A stretch of 64,000 nt of DNA. Source: Gemmatimonadales bacterium (GTDB taxonomy: Bacteria; Gemmatimonadota; Gemmatimonadetes; Gemmatimonadales; GWC2-71-9). This document shows positions 9,204 to 17,939 of this stretch, in pieces. Each line of letters starts with the position of its first letter. Position 1 is the first letter of the stretch. The position numbers and the translations under genes were made by a program. The notes below the pieces were generated by a model. It was given only the letters and a program-made list of their open reading frames with translations. It was not told the DNA's origin and made no database searches. The stretch is taken from positions 4,475-68,474 of the forward strand of contig DASWEL010000006.1 of the NCBI GenBank assembly GCA_036394755.1. Reading direction: 5' to 3'.

Positions 9204-10036
9204 AAGCGACTGCGTCGGATCGGCGGATCGACGGATCGCCGGATCGGCGGTTGGACAATCCGCCCATCCGCCCATCCGCCCATCCGCCCGTCCTCGAGTC
9301 CAAGTCGTATAGTTTTTGGTACGGCCCCACTCAGGCGCTGCACGAGGTCAACTGCGCGATTGCGGCCAACGCCATCACTGCGCTGATTGGGCCGTCGGGC
9401 TGCGGCAAGACGACATTCCTGCGCTCCATCAACCGCCTGCACGATCTCACGCCGGGTGCGCGGCACGAGGGCGATATCCTGCTGGACGGCACCTCGATCT
9501 TCGCGCCGGGGACCGACGTCGTCGCGTTGCGACGCCGCGTCGGCATGGTCTTCCAGCGACCCAATCCGTTTCCCAAGGCGGTCTACGACAACGTCGCCTA
9601 CGGGCCGCGATTGAACGCGCTCGCCCCGGCACGCGAGCTCCCCGACCGGGTCGAGCGCGCGCTGCGGCAAGCGGCATTGTGGGATGAGGTATCCGACCGG
9701 CTGCGCGAGCCCGGGACATCGCTCTCGGGGGGACAGCAGCAGCGGCTGTGCATCGCGCGGGCGCTGGCGAACGAGCCGGAGATGCTGTTGATGGACGAGC
9801 CCTGCTCGGCACTCGATCCGATTGCGACCCAGCGCATCGAGGAGCTGCTGGTCGAACTGAAAAAGACATACACTATCGTTATCGTGACGCACAACATGCA
9901 GCAGGCGGCACGGGTTTCGGATTACACTGGGTTCTTCTACGTGGGCCGTCTGGTGGAGTTCGGCGTGACCCAGCAGGTCTTTACTCGGCCCGCCGATGAA
10001 CGCACGGAAGCTTATATCACAGGAAGGTTCGGATGA
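9200..10036 (+). CDS. pstB: Phosphate ABC transporter ATP-binding protein PstB (copy 2), with a low-complexity N-terminal extension.
   Basis: Walker A 'GPSGCGKTT', 'LSGGQQQRL', 'MLLMDEP' and C-terminus '[10 protein letters not shown]'. The ATG overlaps the pstB1 stop (ATGA). No in-frame ATG/GTG/TTG lies between the repeat region and the conserved core. Confidence 0.9.
   Translation: MKATASDRRIDGSPDRRLDNPPIRPSAHPPVLESKSYSFWYGPTQALHEVNCAIAANAITALIGPSGCGKTTFLRSINRLHDLTPGARHEGDILLDGTSIFAPGTDVVALRRRVGMVFQRPNPFPKAVYDNVAYGPRLNALAPARELPDRVERALRQAALWDEVSDRLREPGTSLSGGQQQRLCIARALANEPEMLLMDEPCSALDPIATQRIEELLVELKKTYTIVIVTHNMQQAARVSDYTGFFYVGRLVEFGVTQQVFTRPADERTEAYITGRFG
9217..9289. repeat. Two adjacent tandem octamer arrays, (GGATCGNC)x4 and (ATCCGCCC)x4, that form an imperfect inverted repeat.
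   Basis: Read directly: ggatcggc ggatcgac ggatcgcc ggatcggc at 9217-9248, and atccgccc x4 at 9258-9289. The reverse complement of the second unit (GGATGGGC in register) differs from the first unit at one position. Confidence 0.8.
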
Positions 10037-10719
10037 ACGCACAAGCCACGAGTCATCGGCATTTTCACGACGAGCTGTCGGAGCTCAAAGTCGCGCTGCT
10101 CAACATGTCCGGCGAGGCGCAGGCGGCGCTCGCCGCGGCGGTCGAAGCAGTGCTCCAGCGAGATGGCGAGAAGGCGCAAAGCGTGATCGCCGGCGATCGC
10201 GAGGTCGACCATCTCGAGCTGGAGGTCGAGGAGACGGTGATCCGTCTGCTGGCGACCCAGCAGCCGATGGCCCGCGATCTCCGGTTCCTCACGGCCGCGA
10301 TGAAGATCTCCAACGATCTGGAGCGCGTCGGCGATCACGCCGTCAACATCGCGCAGTCAGCCGAGCGTCTGCTCGCCAGCCGCCCGATCATTCCCGAGCC
10401 CGAGCTCCTCGAGATGGCGCGCCAGGCCCGCACGATGCTCGCCGACGCGCTCGACGCGTTTGTGCGCGGCGATGCGCAGGCCGGCCGCGCGATCTGCCGC
10501 CGCGACGACAGCGTGGACGCGCTCCACGCGTCGATGTTCCGGATCCTCCTCACGCACATGATGGAGGACCCGCACATCATCGGCACGGCGATGGAGCTGT
10601 TCCTGGTGAGCCGGAACCTCGAGCGCGTCGCGGACCTCGCCACCAACATCGCCGAGGATGTGGTGTTCCTCGTGGAAGGCAAGTCGATCAAACACCATGC
10701 GGAGGACATCGGAGAGTAG
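10033..10719 (+). CDS. phoU: Phosphate signalling complex protein PhoU.
   Basis: Two PhoU repeats with '[13 protein letters not shown]' and '[15 protein letters not shown]'. Shares a 4-nt overlap with pstB2. Confidence 0.95.
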   Translation: MNAQATSHRHFHDELSELKVALLNMSGEAQAALAAAVEAVLQRDGEKAQSVIAGDREVDHLELEVEETVIRLLATQQPMARDLRFLTAAMKISNDLERVGDHAVNIAQSAERLLASRPIIPEPELLEMARQARTMLADALDAFVRGDAQAGRAICRRDDSVDALHASMFRILLTHMMEDPHIIGTAMELFLVSRNLERVADLATNIAEDVVFLVEGKSIKHHAEDIGE

Positions 10720-11096
10720 TGCCGACGATTCTGTTTTTGTGCGTGAAGAACTCCGCGCGCAGCCAGATGGCGGAGGGATTGGCTCGATCGATGGCGCCCC
10801 CTGGCTACCGTTTCGTGAGCGCGGGCTCCGATCCCGGAACAGTCAATCCGCTCGCCATTCAAGCACTCGCCGAGGAACGGATCGACATCTCGTCGCACCG
10901 CGCCAAAGGTCTGGCGAGCGTGCCGCTCGACGATGTCGAGACGATTGTGACGCTGTGCGCTGAGGGAGTTTGTCCGATCGTCCCAGGACACGTCCATCGA
11001 CTCCACTGGCCGCTGCCGGATCCGAACGACCTCACGAGCTTCCGCGCGGTGCGCGACGAGCTGCGTCGCCGGCTTCCGGGGCTGTGGAATCAGTAA
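10719..11096 (+). CDS. arsC: Arsenate reductase of the thioredoxin-coupled LMW-PTP family (ArsC).
   Basis: P-loop 'LCVKNSARSQMAEG' (CX5R-S). 'TLCAEGVCPIVP' carries both downstream Cys residues corresponding to Cys82/Cys89 of S. aureus pI258 ArsC. 'HWPLPDP' is also present. The GTG at 10719 overlaps the phoU TAG. This is the last 125 codons of track ORF 9996..11096. Confidence 0.75.
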   Translation: MPTILFLCVKNSARSQMAEGLARSMAPPGYRFVSAGSDPGTVNPLAIQALAEERIDISSHRAKGLASVPLDDVETIVTLCAEGVCPIVPGHVHRLHWPLPDPNDLTSFRAVRDELRRRLPGLWNQ

Positions 11097-11852
11097 CTAC
11101 GATAGCCGATAATACGCTTCCGGCGGCTTCGGCCGCCGCCGCAGGACCTCATCCGAAGCAAATAGTCGTATCAGGACCAGCCCCGCGAGGAACCCGCCCA
11201 CGTGCGCAAAGAACGCCACGCCGCCCTTGTCGATCTCGCTGAGACTGCCGAGCCCGCTGACCAGCTGAATCAGCGCCCAGTAGCCGAGCATCACCCAGGC
11301 GGGAAGTGCGACGGTCGTGATGTAGATCGGTAGAATGATCAGTGTGTGCACGCGGACTCTGGGGTACAGCAACAGGTACGCACCGAGGACGCCGCTGATG
11401 GCTCCCGACGCACCGATCATGGGTACGACGGAGTGGGGACTGACAAACGTCTGTGTGGCGGCCGCCGCAACTCCGCAGAGCAGATAGAAGATCACGAACT
11501 TCGCGTGCCCCATCGCGTCTTCGATGTTGTTCCCGAAGACCCACAAGAACAGCATGTTGCCAATCAGGTGAAACCAGCCGCCGTGCATGAACATCGAGGT
11601 GATCACGGTCCAGTACTTCGGCACCGCGTGGACCATGCAGACCATGCCGGGCGCGAGCTCTACACCGCTTCCGGGTGGCACGGTCCGGAGGATCTCCCCC
11701 GGAATGAGACCCAGGTCGCAGACCGACCGGGCCAGGGGTACCTGCGCCCCTGCCCCCTGCACAAGAAGGAAGGCGAGGACGTTGGCGATGATGATGGCGA
11801 CGGTGATGATGGCGGGGTGTTCGGTGGGATTTTCATCTTTGTACGGAAACAT
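11097..11852 (-). CDS. Rhomboid-family intramembrane serine protease.
   Basis: 'HGGWFHLIGNMLFLWVFG', catalytic 'GASGAISGVLGAY' and 'AHVGGFLAG', within a multi-TM protein. Confidence 0.85.
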   Translation of the reverse strand: MFPYKDENPTEHPAIITVAIIIANVLAFLLVQGAGAQVPLARSVCDLGLIPGEILRTVPPGSGVELAPGMVCMVHAVPKYWTVITSMFMHGGWFHLIGNMLFLWVFGNNIEDAMGHAKFVIFYLLCGVAAAATQTFVSPHSVVPMIGASGAISGVLGAYLLLYPRVRVHTLIILPIYITTVALPAWVMLGYWALIQLVSGLGSLSEIDKGGVAFFAHVGGFLAGLVLIRLFASDEVLRRRPKPPEAYYRLS

Positions 11853-11992
11853 GAGGCGGAATCTAGGGTGCCCCCCCTAGTCGTCTAGCCGTCGTCACAA
11901 CTGCCTTTTTGGCATTTTAATTGGGCACGATGCTTGCCCTCTGCGACCAGCAACATCAGGTCCGCATCAAATCCCTATCAGGAGCTGAAAGT

Positions 11993-13936
11993 ATGGCTGA
12001 GAAGATCATTGGCATTGACCTCGGGACGACGAATTCCGTCGTGTCCGTCATGGAAGGTGGCGATCCCGTCGTCATCCCCAACGCCGAGGGCGGTCGCACA
12101 ACCCCATCGGTGGTCGCCTTCACCAAAGACGGCGAACGGCTGGTGGGGACGGTAGCCAAACGGCAAGCGGTGACGAACCCGCAGAACACGGTCTTCTCGA
12201 TCAAACGTTTTATGGGGCGCCGGTACGAGGAAGTGACCGAAGAGATCAAGCGCGTTCCCTACAAAGTCGTGAAGGGTCAAAACGGCCTCGCAGCGGTCGA
12301 GATCATGGGCAAGACCTACACGCCACCCGAGATCTCGGCGATGATCCTCCAGAAGATGCGGCAGACGGCGGAAGACTACCTCGGCCACAAGGTCGAGAAG
12401 GCCGTCATCACCGTGCCGGCGTATTTCAACGACTCGCAGCGCCAGGCGACGAAGGACGCAGGCAAGATCGCCGGGCTCGACGTCGTCCGGATCATCAACG
12501 AGCCGACTGCCTCGGCGCTGGCCTACGGGCTCGATAAGAAGAAGGAAGAGAAGATCGCGGTGTACGACCTGGGCGGCGGTACCTACGACATCTCGATTCT
12601 CGAGCTCGCCGAGGGCGTGTTCGAGGTCAAGAGCACCAACGGCGACACCCACCTGGGCGGCGACGACTTCGACGCGCGGGTCATGGAGTGGTTGGTAGGG
12701 GAGTTCAAGCGTGACCAGGGGATCGACCTCTCCAAGGATCCGATGGCGCTGCAGCGGCTGAAGGAAGCCGCCGAAAAGGCCAAGATGGAGCTGTCGACCG
12801 TGATGCAGACCGAAATCAATCTGCCGTTCATCACGGCGGATCAGTCCGGTCCCAAGCATCTGAATCTCACGCTCACGCGTGCGAAGCTCGAGCAGCTGGT
12901 GGACGATCTGGTGAAACGGACGATGCCGCCGATGCAGCAGGCGCTGACCGACGCCGGCCTCAAGCCGGGCGACATCAACGAAGTGATCCTGGTCGGTGGC
13001 CAGACGCGGATGCCGAAGGTCCAGGAGATCGTCAAGAACTTCTTCGGCAAGGAGCCCCACAAGGGTGTGAACCCCGACGAGGTGGTGGCGATCGGGGCGG
13101 CGATTCAGGGCGGCGTACTCGCGGGCGAGGTGAAGGACGTCCTGTTGCTCGACGTTACGCCGCTGTCGCTGGGCATCGAGACGTTGGGCGGCGTTACCAC
13201 GGTCCTCATCCCGCGCAACACCACGATTCCGACGAAGAAGTCGGAAGTCTTCTCCACGGCGGAGGACAATCAGACGACGGTGGAGATCCACGTGCTGCAG
13301 GGCGAGCGCCAGATGGCGCAGGACAACCGCACCATCGGCAAGTTCCAGCTCACCGGAATTCCACCCGCTCCGCGCGGCATCCCGCAAGTCGAAGTGGGGT
13401 TCGATATCGACGCGAACGGCATCCTCCACGTGGCGGCGAAGGACAAGGCCACTGGCAAGGAGCAGAAGATTCGGATCGAGGCGTCTTCGGGCCTCGGCGA
13501 CAAGGATATCGACAAGATGGTGAAGGACGCCGAGGCGCACGCGGCGGAGGACAAGAAGCGGCGCGATGTGATCGAGCAGCGTAACCGGCTTGATAACATG
13601 GTGTACCAGGTGCAAAAGGAGTCCAAAGATTGGGTCGAGAAGCTCGAGCCGGGTCTCAAGTCGCGGCTCGACGCGGCGATCCAGTCGGCGCAGGCGGCCC
13701 TGCGGAGCGGAAATGCTGACGAAATCAGCAAAGCACTCGACGAGCTCCAGCAGGCATATTCAGCGGCGGGGGCGTCGCTGTACGCGGCTCGCGGCGCGGA
13801 AGCCGGCGCAGGCACCAGCGGAGGGACGTCAGGTGGTGGGGATGGTCCGACCGCCGGCGCCGAAGCGAAGAAGGATGACAAGGTCGTGGATGCCGATTAC
13901 GAAATCATGGACGACGACAAATCGAAGAAGTCATAA
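11993..13936 (+). CDS. dnaK: Molecular chaperone DnaK (Hsp70).
   Basis: '[17 protein letters not shown]', '[12 protein letters not shown]' and '[13 protein letters not shown]'. The ATG at 11993 is preceded by GGAG at 11981. The upstream extension to 11921 in the track is not Hsp70-like. Confidence 0.97.
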   Translation: MAEKIIGIDLGTTNSVVSVMEGGDPVVIPNAEGGRTTPSVVAFTKDGERLVGTVAKRQAVTNPQNTVFSIKRFMGRRYEEVTEEIKRVPYKVVKGQNGLAAVEIMGKTYTPPEISAMILQKMRQTAEDYLGHKVEKAVITVPAYFNDSQRQATKDAGKIAGLDVVRIINEPTASALAYGLDKKKEEKIAVYDLGGGTYDISILELAEGVFEVKSTNGDTHLGGDDFDARVMEWLVGEFKRDQGIDLSKDPMALQRLKEAAEKAKMELSTVMQTEINLPFITADQSGPKHLNLTLTRAKLEQLVDDLVKRTMPPMQQALTDAGLKPGDINEVILVGGQTRMPKVQEIVKNFFGKEPHKGVNPDEVVAIGAAIQGGVLAGEVKDVLLLDVTPLSLGIETLGGVTTVLIPRNTTIPTKKSEVFSTAEDNQTTVEIHVLQGERQMAQDNRTIGKFQLTGIPPAPRGIPQVEVGFDIDANGILHVAAKDKATGKEQKIRIEASSGLGDKDIDKMVKDAEAHAAEDKKRRDVIEQRNRLDNMVYQVQKESKDWVEKLEPGLKSRLDAAIQSAQAALRSGNADEISKALDELQQAYSAAGASLYAARGAEAGAGTSGGTSGGGDGPTAGAEAKKDDKVVDADYEIMDDDKSKKS

Positions 13937-13948
13937 AAGGGGGGACGG

Positions 13949-15490
13949 ATGTCGGGGAAGACGCGAGACTGGTTGAAGTTCGGCACATTGGTGGCACTGG
14001 CGTTTGCGCTCGGTCTGGCATTCGCCTCGGCGTTCCGCCTGCCGACGCGTGGTGAGGCGGCGGTGCGGTCGGTGCTTCAGGACACGAGCCGGCCCCTGCC
14101 GCAAGCAAAGGCGGCCGTCGATCTGGGCGACGCATTCGCCTCGGTCGCCGAGCACGTGAAGCCGGCCGTAGTGTTCATCAAGTCGGAACGTCGCGAGCGT
14201 GTCTCCAGCCGGCGTGTGCCGAGTTTCGACGACTTCTTCAACGCCCCGCGCCGTCCCCAGGTCGAGCAAGGCTCGGGGTCGGGGTTCATTGTTTCGCAGG
14301 ACGGCTACATCCTCACCAATAACCACGTCGTCCAAGGCGCGGACCGCGTGACGGTGCGGCTGCTCGACAACCGGGAGTTCACCGCCAAGACAATTGGCAC
14401 CGATCCGAACACGGACATCGCAGTCATCAAGATCCAGACAACCGGGCTGCCTACGGTGCGGCTCGGCGATGCTGACTCCACCAAGATCGGCAACTGGGTA
14501 CTCGCGATCGGTAATCCGCTCGGTGAGGCCTTCACCTTCACGGTGACGGCAGGAATCGTGAGTGCCAAGGGCCGGGGGTTACAGGGGCTGAATTCAGGCG
14601 GGCTTGCGATTCAAGACTTCATTCAGACAGACGCGGCCATCAATCCCGGCAATTCGGGAGGACCGCTGGTCAACGTGCGCGGCGAGGTCATCGGCATCAA
14701 TGCGGCGATCGCCAGTGAGACCGGGTTCTATTCGGGCTACGGGTTTGCAATCCCCATCAACATCGCGAAGACCGTGATGACACAGCTGATTGCGACCGGC
14801 CATGTCGAGCGATCCGTCATAGGCGTGTCGGTACTGCCGGTGCGGCAAGAGGATGCGGAGGACGTCAAGCTGCCTGACATCAAGGGCGCGGTCGTGCAGG
14901 GATTCACAACCGACGACGCTCCTGCCAAGCGCGCTGGTCTTCAAGAGGGGGATGTCATCATCGCGATCGACGGTCAGCCGGTCGAAGCGGTCGCCCAGCT
15001 ACAGCAGCGTATTGGGTTTAAGAAGCCCGGTGAGACCGTCCAGGTTACTGTGGCGAGGAAGGGAGGCGCAAGGAAGACAATTCCGGTCACGCTGACCGCG
15101 GCCCCTGGCAGCGAATCCGAAACGGCCGACGCCAATGAAGACCGCCCGAGCCGGGATTCAGCCCCATCTGAGCAGGCGCTTGGCATTTCGGTGGAGCCGC
15201 TCTCGCAGGAGGATGCGCGTGATGCCCAACTCAGCTCGGTGATCCGGAGCGGAGGCGGCCTTGTGGTCACGCAGGTCTCTCCGTATGGTCCCGCTTACGA
15301 GCGACTCGCCGATGCCAGTATCGGAGGCCCCGATATCATCCTCCGCGTCAATGGCCAGGCCACACGAACCCGGGCAGAGCTTCACAGAGCGGTGGCATCC
15401 ACGAGATCCGGTGACATCTTGATGCTCACGGTGCTCTCACGGACCGGGGACGGCTGGCAACCGCGGGTCGTGCGGTTACGCAGACAGTAG
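13949..15490 (+). CDS. HtrA/DegP-family periplasmic serine protease with two PDZ domains.
   Basis: N-terminal TM/signal segment. Catalytic triad context 'ILTNNHVV', 'DIAVIKI' and 'GNSGGPLV'. Two PDZ-like regions follow ('VVQGF...GDVIIAIDG' and 'VTQVS...ILRVNG'). Confidence 0.9.
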   Translation: MSGKTRDWLKFGTLVALAFALGLAFASAFRLPTRGEAAVRSVLQDTSRPLPQAKAAVDLGDAFASVAEHVKPAVVFIKSERRERVSSRRVPSFDDFFNAPRRPQVEQGSGSGFIVSQDGYILTNNHVVQGADRVTVRLLDNREFTAKTIGTDPNTDIAVIKIQTTGLPTVRLGDADSTKIGNWVLAIGNPLGEAFTFTVTAGIVSAKGRGLQGLNSGGLAIQDFIQTDAAINPGNSGGPLVNVRGEVIGINAAIASETGFYSGYGFAIPINIAKTVMTQLIATGHVERSVIGVSVLPVRQEDAEDVKLPDIKGAVVQGFTTDDAPAKRAGLQEGDVIIAIDGQPVEAVAQLQQRIGFKKPGETVQVTVARKGGARKTIPVTLTAAPGSESETADANEDRPSRDSAPSEQALGISVEPLSQEDARDAQLSSVIRSGGGLVVTQVSPYGPAYERLADASIGGPDIILRVNGQATRTRAELHRAVASTRSGDILMLTVLSRTGDGWQPRVVRLRRQ

Positions 15491-15515
15491 TTCACGCTCA
15501 AGTCGTAGTAGAATA

Positions 15516-15543
15516 AGGGCCCTCAACCGAGGGCCCTCTATTT
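15516..15543. terminator. Bidirectional intrinsic terminator between convergent genes.
   Basis: Stem AGGGCCCTC (15516-15524), loop AACC, stem GAGGGCCCT (15529-15537), then CTATTT. The other strand has TTATTCT after the stem. Confidence 0.6.
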
Positions 15544-15551
15544 CATGTGGG

Positions 15552-16205
15552 TTAGCGACGATCCGCCAGCATCACGACGGCGGTCGCCGCCAGCCAGACG
15601 ACGAACAGCGCCTGGCTGTAGTAGAGATTCGGCGAGAACTCGCTGAACACTACGGCCACGGCGCCGTTCGCCGCCGCAACGACCCAGGCCATCCAGGCGA
15701 GCCACTTCGGCCACACCCCGCCGTTCCGTATCGCCCAACCGAACATGTACGCCACGAGTCCCAGCATGAACGTCGCGAGCCGCTCAGCCGCGAGGCCCAT
15801 CGGGTGGAGCATGTCGTAGACGAAGACGGCATGCGTGCCGGTCAGTCCTGTGTCGGACGCCGTGTACGCATGGGCGAGCTGGTAGCCCGCGCCAACCATG
15901 AACAGGATGTTCAGCGACCAGACGGAGAACGCGAACGCACCCATCCGAACCGCGGCACGGCCCGGTGTCGCGCCGGGAGTATCGTTGTGGCGCAACGCCA
16001 CGCCGATCACGCCGGCATACATGAACGCGAGCCCGAACAGCAGCGCCCAGTGCATCAGGCGCCAGTCGGCCGTCTTGGCGATCATCGCGAGCTGCGCGGC
16101 ACCATCGCCGGCGAGCAACGGATGTTTGAGGCCGGCGATCCCAAACAGCAGAGTTCCGAGGAGCAGGCAGAGGCCGTAGAACAACGGACGGCGGGTCACG
16201 ATCAT
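15552..16205 (-). CDS. Hypothetical integral membrane protein (about 6 predicted helices).
   Basis: Long ORF with strongly hydrophobic segments and GC3-rich codon usage. I recognise no family. Confidence 0.5.
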   Translation of the reverse strand: MIVTRRPLFYGLCLLLGTLLFGIAGLKHPLLAGDGAAQLAMIAKTADWRLMHWALLFGLAFMYAGVIGVALRHNDTPGATPGRAAVRMGAFAFSVWSLNILFMVGAGYQLAHAYTASDTGLTGTHAVFVYDMLHPMGLAAERLATFMLGLVAYMFGWAIRNGGVWPKWLAWMAWVVAAANGAVAVVFSEFSPNLYYSQALFVVWLAATAVVMLADRR

Positions 16206-16253
16206 GGGGCCCTAATCTAGCACGCACTCCGCCCGGCGATATATTGGGCGGAC

Positions 16254-16757
16254 ATGGACTTGAATCGCATTCTGCGCGAGGGCTTCATCGCCGGATGCAT
16301 CGGGGCGGCGGCCGTCGCGATCTGGTTTCTCATCGTAGACGTCATCAACGGCCAGCCGCTCTTCACGCCCGCGATGCTCGGCAGTGCGGTATTCTGGGGC
16401 GCGACGGGATCAGAGCACGTCATCATCGAGCCCGCCCGCATCTTCGGCTACACCATGATTCACGTCAGCGCCTTCGTCGTCGTGGGCTGCATCGCCGCCG
16501 CGCTCGCCGCCGAGGTCGAGTACGCGCCTTCTACGCTGTTTCTCGTGATCGTGGGATTCTGTTTCTTCGAGGTCGGGTTCTACATCCTCGTCGCCCTGCT
16601 CGCCAAGCCACTGCTCGGCTATCTCGCGTGGTGGAACGTGGCTATCGGCAACGGATTGGCCGCGTTTGCGATGGGGTACTACCTGTGGCGGGAGCATCCA
16701 CGAATCGGCGAAGAGCTGCGCCGTCACCCTCTGGGAGAGACAGAGGACGGAGAATAA
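16254..16757 (+). CDS. Hypothetical integral membrane protein (about 4 predicted helices).
   Basis: Hydrophobic helices such as 'IAGCIGAAAVAIWFLIV' and 'FVVVGCIAAALAA'. I recognise no family. Confidence 0.5.
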   Translation: MDLNRILREGFIAGCIGAAAVAIWFLIVDVINGQPLFTPAMLGSAVFWGATGSEHVIIEPARIFGYTMIHVSAFVVVGCIAAALAAEVEYAPSTLFLVIVGFCFFEVGFYILVALLAKPLLGYLAWWNVAIGNGLAAFAMGYYLWREHPRIGEELRRHPLGETEDGE

Positions 16758-16836
16758 CGTGCGGCGTGGGGCATGCGGCATATGCACGAAACCATCATTG
16801 CCGTGCCGCACGCCGCACGTTTAACGCCGCACGTCG
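16757..16836. repeat. Palindromic repeat element with termini ACGTGCGGCGTG...CACGCCGCACGT and heptamer-built arms. It likely also serves as the terminator for the + strand gene.
   Basis: Left terminus at 16757-16768 and right terminus at 16809-16820, followed by TTT. An extra half-copy ACGCCGCACGT lies at 16824-16834. The same 12-nt termini occur at 61895/61988. Confidence 0.65.
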
Positions 16837-17618
16837 TAGGCCTCCTCCGGCACCTTCGTTTCAGCATCCCCTCTTTGGTCCCAAACTGAGTATCGGAACC
16901 AGACGACCGTCATCACAATCCAGAGCATCAGCCCGCCCAACACCCACATCAGTAGTCCGCCGATTTGCTGATCATCCAACGGAGATAGTCCGCCCACCCT
17001 GGGCGCAGTCGCATAGAACGGATAGAGCACCGAATCCGATAACGTGATCAGGGCGCCCGTGACGGACATCGGAATGCCCAGTAAGAACAGATAGAGCATC
17101 TGCACGAGATGCTGCGCGCGCGGCAACTCCGGCACCGGCGACAGCACCGGCCACCACATGATCACGGCCGTCGTGAGAAAGACGAGATGCTGGGCGATAT
17201 GCAGGTTGTGATGACGCAGCGCCGCTTCGTACAACGCGGGGACGTGCCAGATCACGATTGGCGCAGTAAAGATGGTGGCCGCGGCGAGCGGCCGGGTGAC
17301 GACGCGAGCGATCGCCATCACCCAGCGGGGCCGCAGCAACGGCCGAATGACATGCGCCGGCGTGCCGTAGAGCAGCAGCGGCGGGAATACGAGCGTCAGT
17401 AACAGGTGCTGCGCCATGTGGGCACTGAACAGGTAGGTATCGGAGAGATTGTGCAGCGGTCCATTCAAGGCCACAAACAGTACGACGAGGGCCCCGAAGA
17501 AACTTGCGACGTGCCGGCGTGCCGACCTGTGACCCCCCAAAAAGACGTAAAGCCCGCCCAGGAGGACGAGCCCGATCAGCACGCTGGGATGGAGATCCCA
17601 CCTATTCCAGGGGCTCAC
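16821..17618 (-). CDS. ctaG: Cytochrome c oxidase assembly factor CtaG (caa3-type, membrane).
   Basis: Multi-TM protein with 'FSAHMAQHLLLTLVFPPLL' and 'HIAQHLVFL', which are Caa3_CtaG-like. It is the last gene of the oxidase operon and overlaps ctaF by 4 nt. Confidence 0.75.
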   Translation of the reverse strand: MSPWNRWDLHPSVLIGLVLLGGLYVFLGGHRSARRHVASFFGALVVLFVALNGPLHNLSDTYLFSAHMAQHLLLTLVFPPLLLYGTPAHVIRPLLRPRWVMAIARVVTRPLAAATIFTAPIVIWHVPALYEAALRHHNLHIAQHLVFLTTAVIMWWPVLSPVPELPRAQHLVQMLYLFLLGIPMSVTGALITLSDSVLYPFYATAPRVGGLSPLDDQQIGGLLMWVLGGLMLWIVMTVVWFRYSVWDQRGDAETKVPEEAYDVRR

Positions 17619-17929
17619 ATTCCAGTACGAAGGCGGACTGCCCCATAAAAAATGAGCAGCAGGCTGACGATCACGACCAGCGCCAGCAGCAGCGGTCCAC
17701 CGAACAGGAACGCGAAGAACCGATTATCGAACTTGAGATGCATGTAGAACATCACGACCAGCGTGAACTTCACGGCCGACAGAAACAGCAACAGCGGTAC
17801 GAGGACGGTTTGAAAGGCGGGGACGTAGAACACCCCTACCTCGATCAGGGTGATCATCACGAGAATCGCCGCGATGCGCAGGTATGTGCCCGTCGTCGCG
17901 TGGGCTGCCCCCGCCCCGTGCTCGCTCAT
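17615..17929 (-). CDS. ctaF: Cytochrome c oxidase subunit IV (small prokaryotic subunit).
   Basis: 104 aa with three hydrophobic helices. It sits between subunit III and ctaG. Confidence 0.7.
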   Translation of the reverse strand: MSEHGAGAAHATTGTYLRIAAILVMITLIEVGVFYVPAFQTVLVPLLLFLSAVKFTLVVMFYMHLKFDNRFFAFLFGGPLLLALVVIVSLLLIFYGAVRLRTGM

Positions 17930-17939
17930 GCCATTGCCC

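Noticed and set aside
9217-9289. Possibility that the short tandem repeats (here and at 22213, 25674, 48412 and 62891) are CRISPR arrays.
   Set aside because: The units are 7-10 nt and directly abutting, with no 25-40-nt unique spacers. No cas genes are in the window.
9996-11096. 366-aa ORF spanning phoU in another frame.
   Set aside because: Only its last 125 codons (from the GTG at 10719) look like a real protein (ArsC/LMW-PTP). The upstream part is an Arg-rich off-frame read of phoU.
11921-11992. Upstream extension of dnaK (track start 11921), and likewise the mutM start at 47531.
   Set aside because: Hsp70 homology begins at '[11 protein letters not shown]' (ATG at 11993, with GGAG upstream). 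Fpg requires Pro2, which only the GTG at 47579 provides.
11853-11992. CIRCE (HrcA operator) or a sigma-32 promoter upstream of dnaK.
   Set aside because: No TTAGCACTC-N9-GAGTGCTAA-like inverted repeat and no CTTGAAA/CCCCATNT pair could be found by eye. Only the sigma-54-like match is reported, as a finding.
11978-13615. 545-aa ORF antisense to dnaK.
   Set aside because: The opposite strand encodes a full-length Hsp70 with all signatures. The antisense product is low-complexity (runs of L/R/H/D).
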